Under the pieces are notes generated by a model. That model was not told where the DNA came from, did not search any database, and was given only the letters and a program-made list of their open reading frames with translations. Positions 25,201 through 38,147 of a stretch of 64,000 nt of DNA are shown in pieces (positions within the stretch are counted from its first letter, which is position 1; each line of letters begins with the position of its first letter). The position numbers were made by a program, and so were the translations under genes. Source of the stretch: Iphione sp. A-MEVVRFRX5 (lineage: Eukaryota). Location of the stretch: positions 27,776,001 through 27,840,000 of the forward strand of contig OZ320322.1 in the NCBI GenBank assembly GCA_976226885.1, in the 5' to 3' direction.

Positions 25201-28200
25201 TTTGGAACTGCCCCCCCTGTCCTAGTCATCCTGGTTCTGTGCGAAGTAAATATAAACTATGTGTACACACATAAATCACACGATGTGTACCAAAAGTTGA
25301 AGATGAATGTTACATTAATCTTTTGGATCTGGTATCGAACCCCCATTCCTGTGGCCCAAATGTATGTTTCCAATCGCCTTGTTCTAGCAGAGGTATATCG
25401 CAGAAATGTTACAGAGGGCATTTCATTAAACAAGTAAATATTTTCAATATACAGTATGCTATAGAGCAGAAACCTTCGCCATGAAATACAAGAAAGAATA
25501 TATATATATATCGTAATAATAATATTTATTCACTTCCCCATGTTGTATATATTTTTGGCAAAGGAACTGATGCGAGTCAGTTTTTGGTTGCCCAAACGGT
25601 TATTCGAGCGAATCTTCTCATGGAGACCCATCCATCAGGATATGCTGCTTATTTGTGTCAGAAGTCAAAACGGTAACGAGCTGGAAATGATTCTTACATT
25701 GCAAATGAAAGAGAAGTAATCCTAATTATTCTCCGTGGTTATTGCCAAACCCCGAGCACATTTTACATAAATACACCTTCAACTAGTCTTCCCTATTCTA
25801 ACTCTATCTGAGATATAGGTATCTAACTTCTCCTTTTGATTTGCCAACAGCTACCTAGAAAACCACATCGACGTGACTTTTCATTTTAGGTGGAGAAAGC
25901 TTCATACCTTATTGCACAGTCCATATTTTTTTTATCACTGCCCATACTCGAGTGGCTCAATCATATGGTACAAAGCTCCTCCCATATCTAGGGGCCAAAC
26001 CAATCACGGTCAGACTCAACGCAGATTGGGTCTACCATAAAACATGGGGTTACTATTGTTTTTTGTCATAGTTGGTCCGCAAGCCCCGACGGAAGGCCTG
26101 CGCCTGTCACAATGAGGGCTGGATACATATTGTGTGCTGCTTACAGAAGAAATACGATACATGCATATACATATACAAATACAAATATGGAACGTTCTTG
26201 TACACTCATGTCCCCCCTACCAATTCCTCTCTTTCTTGCCATCGGACTTTGTAATATCGAATAGCAATCACTAACGGTTCATTAAATAAATAGCTGGTTA
26301 AACATCCGTTAAGCCACGTTAGAATGAGACGACTTCATTTCCAATATCAACTGGAAGTACTATGGCCTTTAGACTAGACATTTGTAAGTTTCAATGAAGC
26401 CACGTACCTATTATTGAAATGGGTGAAATTCTAATTGTAACTGTAGTAAACCTAGGATACAAATGGAAATTACCCGAGGACACTATGAAGGACAAACCGC
26501 TATTTGTAGTCTATGTATATGTGAACGCTGGTCCCAACATTCGCTTGGTATTTTGCTTAAAGTAGTGGGATCCCACTACTGAGCCATATCAATGTATAAT
26601 GTCACTTGATAGCTAGATTATCTGAAACGCTCACATCCGTTGCACAATTCACAGTACAGACCTTATTTTTTTGCTCACCCGTGGTGAACTGTCCCGTCAG
26701 TTTTTGTGATTGCAGCGAAAGGATTGGCCGCGACAATTTGCCGGGATCCAATTTCTAAATGACAGGCAATGTTGGTACTGCATGAGTACGCTGGTCGGGT
26801 GGTGAGAGTAATTCAAGTTTGGCTGACAGAGTGGAACGAATATAAAATGAAACAACCAAAGAAAGATGAAACATAAGTCAGCCCATGTCAGGACCATTCT
26901 ATCTCTTTCACTTGTTGACTTACATAGAAGTAAGCCTGGGGACCATAAGGAAGTAGAAGGAACTTAAGTATCCCATTGTTTTGACCAAAAAGGCCAGAAT
27001 GACCAAAGTGGTTTTTGGGGGGTGCGAGGAAATACATGTATTTCAGTTTCCCACATTGGTTACAAATGCTACCAAACAGTAACTATCAGACCTTACTCTC
27101 AACCAAGAGTAATCTTTGGATCCAAAGATACCCTGTAACGGTACTTTCTAGCTAAGAACTAATGTCACCCCTTTTGATCTTCATCAAAAGGATGCCTTGA
27201 ATCTATCTAAATGCATTCTCTAGCTGGCCTGGAGTGCCGAAATTCGTGTTAAAATAAACCACAACTTAGAATCTGTTAGTTGTTTTGCCAAAGGAGGGCA
27301 CTATCCAGGGAATCATCACCCTTTGTTATCAACAAAGCACTGTATTGGCAAAACTATGTCCGATGAAAGGGATGGGACAGTTAGTTGGGTTACATTAGCT
27401 AGCCTTTATCATTAAGAGGCATGGATAGGACGAAGCAAATAAGTACTTTTATACAAGGGTAATTGTTTCCTGGAACAAAACGTTCCAGTGTGTTCTGCTA
27501 TGGGAGTATGTGTTTACATAATCGTGCGGTCATGTATTTGTAAATATGCAGATCCATGGGGAGGATTACTGCGGTGAGTCGGTGAGTGGGCGGATATGTA
27601 GACTGGTCCATCGCTAGATTTTAAAAATGCCGTACCATTTGAGTGACTACAGAGCACCAGCAAGTTTAGCATCTTATAAGTAATGAACTTGAGCCCTAGC
27701 ACTGAGGGAGAACACATTTTGAAGTATAGTATACTCTCTGTGGCTGCACCAGTGAAGAGGGCAAGCCTGTGAAAACACATCCTTTAAAGAGTCCTTTCAA
27801 TTTAATAAGAGGATATTTTGACATCTTAACAGGCCATCGTTTTAATGGTGACTGTTCTGTTGGCGCCCAAGAATGCCCATCTATGAGGGAAGCCTGTCCA
27901 GAAGCCAGTCATATACTAGATAGGAATATTACTGTAAAAGTGAAAACTGTAACGGTGAAAAGATCTCATTATAAATTTTTTTAAATGAGAAGAGATTAGA
28001 CGGAAGAAAAGCTCCCAAGAGATAAAAGTTAAACAGTCAAAGTGAAAGACATAGGTGGGACCACGAAAAGCCTAGCGGAAAATGAGGGAGACCGACACTT
28101 GCATGGAGAGGGGGCGGGTCTTTCAGCTTTACATATAGATGGACCTTGTAGGACCCCTTGGTGCAAGGTTTTTGCGTGTCGTTTTTGTGACCTTTACTGA

Positions 28201-30527
28201 CCCAACCCAGTTGGCGGCCAAAGTTGCTTTGGATACTGAATTCTCTCGCATGAATCACCAGTCGAACTCCCACATATTACACCTAAAGTTGATAACTCTG
28301 TTTCATAAAAGGATATGAATATGTGCTTTGACAAACGTAATTTATGCAGTTAACTCTTATCAACCAGATGGTTTGCACACTTTATAAAATAGACTATGTT
28401 CAGCATGTCTATTTATGGCTAGGTTGTTTTCTGTGGATCACAAAAGAGCGTGCACATACTTTCTGAATCCTATCTACAGTCAGTTAATAGATACTTTCCA
28501 CGACAATGGCTGTCCCTAAACCTAAGTGCATGGACGCTCTTTTCAAAAGCATTCCAAAAAGTAGGAGTAATGCAGTGTATTGAATGAGCTGGTGTTTTTA
28601 TTCGCGACCAGCACCAATTTCATCAGTCGGTAACCTAAGCAAACATTCCCTCCATTATTGTTGTGTATTCATTTGGCATAAACAGTCATATTTTATTATC
28701 ATCTATGTATATTGCATCTCATCCCTTCAAGCAATCGGCCGTATATTCCTCTATAGTAGCCTAATCAGCTCTAGAATGCCCGTGGTTTTTATGAATATTT
28801 CTACCACTGTTCCCAATAATTACTTTGAATAAGGTCTATAAAACTAATGCATCGGCAGTAATCGTCCTGCTCTGACCAGAAACGAACAACTTCTTGTGAT
28901 GTCCTCTGCAGGCGCACAGCAGTACCACCTGGCTGTCTAAAAGAATAACCCTTACTCTATCTTGACCCATAAACCCAAGCAAGGCAGGGGCTCTGGTTTA
29001 TGACCGTTTACACCTCGATGTGTAAAATAACCAACAGAGACGTACGTTTGTGAGACGAGTATGTTGTTGACGCAACTTCATAAATACCAGCCTGGTTGGA
29101 CGCCACAACTTCCCGTTTACACATACTCACACACAGGCAGAGGTCGTGGCATTAGCCTTTACCATACACAGGCTAAGATGCACACCAACAGACACCCATA
29201 CACATACGTCCATACTCACATACACACGCACTGTTCCACAAGGGCAAGTGTGGACGGATGTATAAAAATATTCATATCTATACACATGTACTCATATATA
29301 TAATATGAATCCATTTCTGAGTAGAGCAGCTTTGGGTTCTTTGGCATCCATCGGTGCTTGGTGCGATCAGCGCAACTTAATTACCTCCAGGTGGGGAGAA
29401 GTAGGGATTTCTAGGCAGCTACCTAGAACCAGCCAAGCACAGACCCGCCATCTCTATCTACCAACATTATATAAGCTTCATTCCTACACTGTGGGACTAG
29501 ACTAGGCCTCCTTAACGGCTACTTTGCCAGAAGGCTGCTTGCCAAATTATAGCCTACGATTCAGTGACACATTTCATAAAACTATATGAAGCAGCATGTC
29601 TATTTTTTGTGCCGACTATGAGAACTTGGCTATGAATGAAATTCAGCTACGTCTAGTCATTTCTCAGGACCGACAGTGTGTCCACTAGAAATTGCGACTT
29701 TTGCATGTCCTTATTTCTCATAAAGGAAATTGGATGAATACTTTAAATGATGCTTCATGGAGATCCTCAGACCCTAATTTATGTTTTCTTGTATCGAGTG
29801 TGCACTTTTGTATGAGATATAAATCATATCTACGTTTTTCATGGAAAACCATAGAATTTCAACGTTGACTGTGCAGCTGCAGGCTTACAGAATACGAGAA
29901 AAGAAACGTTCTGTTACAAAATGAGAATGTACTTGTTGACAGAAGATGTGCCATTCTGTACCAATTGAATAATGCATTTTTTAAATGTGTCTCGACACAA
30001 CCTTTCTCATTCGGTGCCAACTACTAACAGCTGTTTGGTAATTGCAATATTGATATATCTTACACCTTCTAGGTTAAACAGTTTCAGCACAGTTTACACA
30101 CAAACGCACATAATTGCACTTTACACACAGTCTTGCATAGGAGACCGAAGTCAGCGACCTTCTATTTCCATCTTGCCGGACAGATCTGGGGCAATGGCAA
30201 ATACAAAAATTGGTATCCCATAAATTCATACCGTTGGCCTTGGTTATGAAAAAATCAAAATCGTAAGCATCGAGAAGGGTATCAAGAATTACGACAGGGT
30301 GGCAATGGTTGGCTTGCTTATGGAACAGCTGCAAAAGTCGAGTAGGATCCCGTCGTTGTCACGGAATAGAAACCATCTCGAGAAGTTAGTTTTCCTCAAT
30401 TCAGAGACTGCTGTAATAAATTTTGAAAAGAGGAGTCAAACAATTTCAAGGGGGGGGGGGGCGGGTAAGTAGGTTCTTCTAGGCGATTGCATCCTCTCGC
30501 TTAGTCGTACCACCCTGGCAAACTTAC

Positions 30528-30612
30528 CCCCATCACCGTTCGCATCCTTCAACCTCCGGCGGCTCGGAAGAGGAACGAGTGGAGGGGTGTCTGTCTTATG
30601 TTCACCAACTGC
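30528..30612 (-). CDS. Candidate upstream exon of the LamG-array gene (AVGEHKTDTPPLVPLPSRRRLKDANGDG)
   Basis: Acceptor tttttcactgtgtttccag| and donor GGG|gtaagt; 85 nt; the only open frame exits in phase 1, matching exon 16269. Could also be UTR or chance. Confidence 0.35.
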
Positions 30613-33600
30613 CTGGAAACACAGTGAAAAACCTTGCCAGGCTAATGGGACATCGGCATCTCGCTGTAAGCATAATCCTGGCGATGTGAGCCTGCTGATA
30701 AGTAAGGGTGCCTACATCCTCACCTAAGTGAAGAGACATTGTGGCCATCCCTGAGCACACAAAAAGAAAGGTGGCATCTCATCGAGACTTAAATGAAAAC
30801 AAAAAATGGGGGGAGGGGAATGTGCAGGTAACACCTGGAACACTGGAATGACGCTTATAAAAAGACTAAGCAACGATGAGCAATCATAGCTTTAGCCATC
30901 TGTGACAAATGAACTTTGGAGTTACCATGGAATACTACGTGCGTCTATCATTGTTATACACGTATAACCCCCAGTTGTAAATATATGCATGTGCATTCTC
31001 TCTGGCATCACGTTCCAACATTACTGATAATGAATACAGATCTGAATCGGACTTTTTCTGGATCCCCTCCAGACTTGCAGAGTGTACTAGCCGTCACCTG
31101 AGAGCATATCCCTGGGCTCTTCTGCATGTGTCAGTGGTAACTTGGTGTATAATAAGGGAGGAGTACCGATATTCCTCGAGTGAATGGGCCATGTGACCTA
31201 CATTCGAAGCCTACACCAAAGTTTCGTCTCATACATAAAAAATGATATATACGTTGAATGTACACAGCGTTTTTGGCAAATAAACAGGACGAGAAGACGA
31301 CTTGCCTGTCTGTACAAATAATATCGGTAACACAGTCGAAAAGAACGGCAAAATGAAATGAAGGAACTTGTCTCGTCGGTCAGACATAATTGACTCCAAC
31401 AACAGAATTAAAACGCCCCCGTCGAACTGATAAAGAACATCTACACAGATGCGTTCGTGACATTATATCTTCTTCAACAAGGTAAAGCATAGATGGAAAT
31501 TTCACGTTTCACTTACAAACAAGTTTCTATGAATTGAGAGTGTATAGAACAGTACTCACACTGATTCCATCCGTTAAAATAACTAGATTCTCTAATCAGC
31601 AGGCTCTAGGTAGAGTACTGATTTACCTGGAGACAGAAAAAGATCAATATTCCACTGTCTTATTGTGTCTACTTTAAATAAACCACACCTTTACGTCAGC
31701 ACAGACGTTTTCTAGACGATCAAAGGAGTTCAGCTGCAATTAAAAAGTGATTCATTCAGAGATGAAGCTCATGGACTACCGAGGGAACAGCATGCCTAAA
31801 ATGGAACGGGGAGATCGCCAAGTTCAACCCAGTATCTTTGTGGGTGGACGAGAGGAGAGCCTGGCGGATCATTCTCTTCACGTCGGTCAGAATTTATGAC
31901 TCAAAACCTAGCACGTGAGGTGAATGTGAAGGTAACCACAAACGGTCTCCTTCAATGGGCTCTTTCTTCGCCCCCAAGTCATCAGCTGCATTCTCCGCAT
32001 GAAAGCAGCAGCTAGGTGTATGCTTTCCAGGTAATCCTTTTTGAAGTTTTTTTTCACATTTGAAGACGTTTGACTAACCTCAAGTCTCGCGCTGAATGTA
32101 GAAGGGGTACAGGCTGCTTGGTTGGCGTCTGTACTTTCAAAGATTGTGATACTAACACACTTTTAACTTACTCCCCAAATGTATGCATGCATTTCTAAAA
32201 TACATGTAATCTAGTAAGATGTTTATTCTAAACTGATACTCATAAAAACAATAGCTAAAGTCAATCTGAAAAAAACTCATCGCCACCATATCTTTCACCT
32301 GTTCTTTCCCAACTGTCATACGTGACAAAACGGTTCATTCTAATTTCTGTGAAGCCAGATTCTTCAAAAACACGAGAGAAAGCACTAAAAAGGATCGGAG
32401 TAATTCATGTGACTGTATATCCCATAAGAGGATTCATATCTGTAAATATTCCCAAAATGAAACAGATTAACTCTGAGCCAAAAACAACGACAGACAACAA
32501 TATTGCAGTTGCAAACACAATTGAAATGCATTTCTCACAACCAGCTGACAATGTTATCAATGTGAAAAGCTACTTCTGATTTAGTCACCATCAATATATC
32601 TGTAACCCTGTATGCCTGGAGGATACTGAGCTGATAGGAAGTACCGCCGATTTAGGTTAGTTTATTTTTATCATATGAAACCGAAGTTGAAGTATAGTTT
32701 TCCAAATTGATACCAGCGGTGTACGAAGTGCATCAGTTATACAGGGCTCATCCGAAAACTGGGGTTCCCCACACAGTCGCTGTGCAGAGCATGCAGGCCA
32801 GCGTTTAGGGACTTTTCTATTTGATCGTTTCACGCGGGCACATGCTGTAACACATACTGCTCAAAACCTCTTACACCCAGAAATTATACTTCAACGATGA
32901 TTCATCGAAGCCCACTTCATGGGGGTTGACACATCATTTCTTGTCGTGTCCAAACTGCAAACCACATGCAACCGACCATGCTTCCAACACACACAAGAAT
33001 ATCAAGACAAAAAGTGCACAGCATAATAAGGAAAATGTACTTGTTGCTGGCGGTGCAAAGAAGTCACATCGAGTTCTTACGAGAGTGCTGCAGGGAGCAA
33101 CAGCTCGACTTTTATGACATCAACAAAAACCCTTTAGATTTAGTACCAGAGACATATGTTCAATTCTGCGGACCTTTAGAAACCCCTTCTTCATTAGACG
33201 ATCTCACTGCACCATACCAATTGATTGCGCCGGTTTGTTTCCACAACAAAAACACATTCCTAATTTCCATCCCTCTGCAATAATAAAACCTAAATGTGGT
33301 TCTTTTTTTAAAGAATGAATGTCGAAGGCATGAAACAAGCTACGTGGCCCAACATCTTCGAAGATAAATAATTTCCTTGTATATTAACCGACAGTAGATT
33401 TCAGGAAATGCGATGTCTTTGCGAGTCTTCAACTGGCATGATGCCCTTGTCGTATCATTCACCTTCCGATTTCTCCCCCCCCCCCCACTCCCCCCCACCT
33501 CCCACAGCTATCAGTAGACTCTACTACCCGTTGCTTGTTCTACACGGCTGTAGCACTTACTGTGGGTCCTGAGTGTAGAGCTGCTTCCGATCAGACAGCC

Positions 33601-34943
33601 CAGGAGGTAGACAATCCAGGGATAGGAGGCCTCCATGGTCGGCTACAGGAGGCCGTAGGAAATCGCCTCGCTCTCTATCTAATCCACTAGTGGTTCTTCG
33701 CTGATATACATCCACAATAATCCATGTATTTGTGATGTGCTAATCCTAAGGTTCGGTTGACCCTGGTGGGTGTATCCCTAACGCATAATAAACAAGTCAC
33801 AGGTCTTCACAGCCTAGATGGGAAACTTGTAAATTTTCCTCCAGGAGCCGAGGTAGTGGTATCCTAGAAGACCTCCAAGTTTCTGTGGGGTAGACGCGAT
33901 ACCGGACGCCGCCTACTACAGAGACTCCAAACGGAGAGCGGAAGAAACGTTAACTCTTTAGTATCTTGGCAGCCGCGTCCCTCCGGCCTTGAAAATAATC
34001 AAGGCCTTATGCTATTAGCGCACTTGGCAATACTACATCGTCATATGAAAGGGCATCACGAATGTAAAGCGTACCCGTTAACAGAGTGCGAATGTAGGTA
34101 TGTAGGAAAGAAATACGTGTTGACAATAGTATTATTTGTGAGTGAGCTGCTCCTGGCCCGTCTCGGCTATGAGCGTGGGCAGCAGCAGGTTGGGGGCTGA
34201 GCGGCTTACGTCTCACCGCATCCTCTACCCACGACTCCCGCCCCCTCAACCTAGCAACCATCATGAACGAGAGGCCAGCCTGGAGCGTTACCTAGTTACC
34301 GCCCGTTCGAGGCGGTAGTTAGCCTACCATCCGTCCATCCATCCTCCTCCTCCTACTCCTCCGTCTCATCCTCCAACCCTTCAGCACCAAAACCCGACTG
34401 TTTCCCGCTAGAACCGCAATCGTTTCCTACGTCCTGAACCGACGAAGTACGCATGTGAACTGTGGAATAAGAGTGTGGGAATTACGGACCTGGGCTTATA
34501 AGGCTTTCAAAGATTCCTGGCATCCCATATTCATCACTGACGTCTAGGAAACGCTGGGGGCAAGAACGCTCTCCTTATTCTTGAAAAAATAAACTACCGG
34601 TAGATTGATTGGCATTGGTGGGTCCTCCGCCTTGAGGTAGGGCTGAAGAACAACTCCTAGTTACTGTTGTTCCCACGAATTATTGATGGCTTTATTGGTA
34701 TTTCCCTCCTCCTATGCTGAGCTTACTGCTATTTCAACCAATGACTCGCATCTTTCTTCGTGTAGACGATCTCTAGAATTCTACTATCTCGAAAGTTGAT
34801 TCTTCTAAACTTCCATAGCTAGCCGAGAAATTCAGATTAGAAGCTGTAAAAGATGACTGCAGAGTTACTGTTGACACAAACTCCATTGTTGAATTCATTA
34901 CACATTTTTTTCGGTAGGCATGAACGAAAGCAACCAGAAGAGA

Positions 34944-35164
34944 CAGGGGGGGTCACCTATTCTGGTAAAGCGTTATTAGCCTTTTTAATTCAACGCTTAT
35001 CGTTATTTGCCTCTTGATTTAAACGCTAAACGTTATTCAGTCGTGTTTGGTGAAGCGTTACCAATGATTTAATTATTGGTGAAGCATTATCTGCTGTTGT
35101 TTTAACCGTTATGGTCACTATGAATTCTTGGTGATACGTTATTGGGTACCCCCTGACCCCCCTG
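34944..35164. mobile_element. hAT-type MITE (~221 bp)
   Basis: TIRs CAGGGGGGGTCA and TGACCCCCCTG; flanking 8-mers agaagaga and tgaagaga (7/8 identical, hAT-length TSD); internal repeats of GGTGAAGCGTTA. Confidence 0.7.
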
Positions 35165-37595
35165 TGAAGAGAAAGGCAGCCTCTGAATGCCATCCAACCT
35201 AACGTCGGGATATCTGGAATCAGTTGGACACCGAAGAGGTACTTACTTCAGGCCATGGAACATCTGTCCTGGCAGAATTTCTGTCAGAAACTCAAGAGAG
35301 AACGGCTTCTGTTATCATGAGACAAGTACCATGGACTGTGCTTGCAGTTCATCACGTAAGGAACCCATTCTTTTCTGAGTAAGACGCTTATCTTCTACCG
35401 AGAGGGAGGAGTCCATTTCATGGTACAGGCACATTCTGGTATTCCTTCAATGAGGAAGAATATATATGATACGCCACGAAATGAAGAGTACAAAACTTGT
35501 GTGTTTCTATCACGAGAATCACATGAGTTCACAGAAAAGTGACGTAGTATAATGTATACCGATAACCCAACAGTGTGCAACCACCCATGCAGATGAAATA
35601 GGATCAGAATCGCTCGTGTCTGAACTGAACGAGCACATCAAAAACTGTTAAATGTAGAACTGTATGAAAGTGATAAATACATGTAATGGTAGGGAAGAAA
35701 AGTAAAGAAAGTGTCAAATACGCAGCTTCTAGTTATTCATGCATAATGTATTTGTTCACCAATACAATTTACTTAACTACTAATCGCTAAAAGTACATAT
35801 CTTTACATAAAAGATACTCCAGTGGCAGAGTCTTTTTGGAAACGTTGACCTTGTTAAGTCGACAAAAAATGTGCTATTTTCAGCTTTCTTGCTCCTCTTG
35901 TCTCTGTCTCTCTGTCCCCCTGTCTCTGTCTCTGGGATTGGGGCATAATGTTACCCAAGGAAAGTAACCACTACTTTTATTAGCTAAAGATACCAAAGCC
36001 TCAGTATTAAAACAACCCTGGCATCTGTAGTCGATATGGTGCCGCAGTTATTGAAAGGTGACTGGCAACTCCACCTAAAATCATTTGTCCTCCATAAACG
36101 ATTACCAACAAAGTGATGTGTTCGACTGCAGGCTTGGAGGAAAAGTGTAAGGAAAGTAGGCCAAAATGACACTCTCCAGCCATGAACGAGGGAAAGCTGT
36201 AGGCATGGCATGTTTATGTACGGCTCTGGTGCTCCTTGGATGCGCAGCCTCAAGGGCTGCTGACTAGGGATAATGTCTGAAACAAACCCTTATACTCCCA
36301 AGTGGCGGCAGACAAATAAACAACGATCCCCAAAACCATTTACATGTACATTCTTTTGCCAGTGTCGTTCTATCCATGAATCACCCATTATAAACAATCT
36401 TCTCGTTTCTGAACAATATAATCTGCACGATACGTGTTTTAATCCGCCTTTCTTTGGTTAACGCCTCATGAAGTTGAGCGACCTGGGCGATCAGGTCTTT
36501 GATCCACGTGGTAAACACCTGGGAGGTGGAGAGCTCTGACCCCGTGAGGATAGGGCCCGAGCTGCTCAGGTGCTACTACTGTACATGTAGCTATTTGCGT
36601 TAACTGCTCTTAGTGTAGCTGTTTTGTGGCTACTTTTTCAGTGTTATTCCTCACTGAACTTTGAAGCACATACCTGTTTGTACCCCATACTAGTTTGTAT
36701 ACTTTTAAGATGAGGATGTTTTTAAATCAGTCAGTTTGGAGGTAGCTTGAAAGATCTTATATAAGGCACGTGGGTGTCTTTATCCAGCTAGTCTCTTTCC
36801 TGGTAAATCCCATAAAATGTAGGAAATAATAAGCTATGAAAACGAGGCAGAATAACTTAACGGCCAAGTCTTTAAGGGTACAGGTACAAGTAACATCCCG
36901 TTTACATTTTACGACTACAACCAGGTCTAAAAGGAGTAATGGCTTTGAAAAAAACGACATATTTGTCTTTTGTGAAACGGTATAAGGGAGCCTCTTTCCT
37001 CAGACCACAGATTACTTTTGGTCTTGGCAGCCTGAGAATGCTACAGGATCCTGTTCTTTCGTGATGAATATTTTGAAGCTAAGTTAAAATACCGTATTTC
37101 CTCTATCCTCCATCTGGCAGTGTCAACAGGCCGGCCGACTGGTCAACCAGCCCTGAAATGATGCAAAGTAACCTGCAATGAAGCACAGCCTGCAACTTCT
37201 TGATTGACCTTTTATTGCAGAAAACGTGTACACAAGCGTAAGTTTGGAACAGACCAAAGATTACGCTGCTGTTGACTCTTTTTATGGCAAAATGTACACT
37301 CTGATCTGGGTCAATCTTTAAATCATCCCTTAACTCTAGGTCATAACTCTGCCTTACTAGGACCAAGTAGTCTATTAGTCCAACAGTATCTTTACACATG
37401 TCCTGTTGATGCCTGTATCTTCTTGTCAGCCAGTTCAACAGATGTCACTCTGTTGCTGTCTTTTTGCCCTGGTACACTGAACTGTACCGAGCTACAATCT
37501 ATTGCAATTAGGGGTTGTTCACATGCATCTTGATTTTTACATTCCGTGTCTGGACATGGGTGCAGATTTTTTTCCAGCCTGCCTTTACTACTATA

Positions 37596-37814
37596 GGCAT
37601 TCACATACATACAGATATTTCCACGTCCGGACGCGGGTGCGGATGTCAAACTGTCTGGGATGGGTTTTGTCCTGACCCGGAGGTGGATTCCATAGAACAC
37701 AATGGTAAAAGACCTGCTATCCTTGTGGAAGCAATTAACAACCCTGTCAGCAGGGAGTATTATCTGCCCACGTCCGGGGACAGATTTTTGGTCCGGTTAT
37801 ATGTGAAAAGCGCC
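37596..37814. mobile_element. Possible PIF/Harbinger-like or TA-targeting MITE
   Basis: Imperfect TIRs ggcattcacata and tatgtgaaaagcgcc, with TA on each flank; internal direct repeat ccacgtccgg. Confidence 0.3.
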
Positions 37815-38116
37815 TAAGTCTAATACCATGCACATACTTATCTGTATGAACCATGCATATGAGTAGCTGCTACCACTTATATCTATGGAATTTACAATAA
37901 ACAATCTTTTCTTCATTGAACTTGTTTTTATCTTATTCCTGTAGAAGCAGCCTAATGATACGACTGCGTTACAAACCCGAGCTTAGGATTGTGTTTGAAT
38001 ACTAATCAGCCTCCGACTTTGGAACGCCAGTGGAAATGGATACGCTCCTGGCTGCTGTATCCCACCAACATCTGCAAATGTGTCCAAGTATGTGTTTATA
38101 CATGTATGTAGTGTGT

Positions 38117-38145
<29 letters not shown>
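38117..38145. repeat. (TG)n microsatellite
   Basis: Read directly from sequence. Confidence 0.95.
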
Positions 38146-38147
<2 letters not shown>

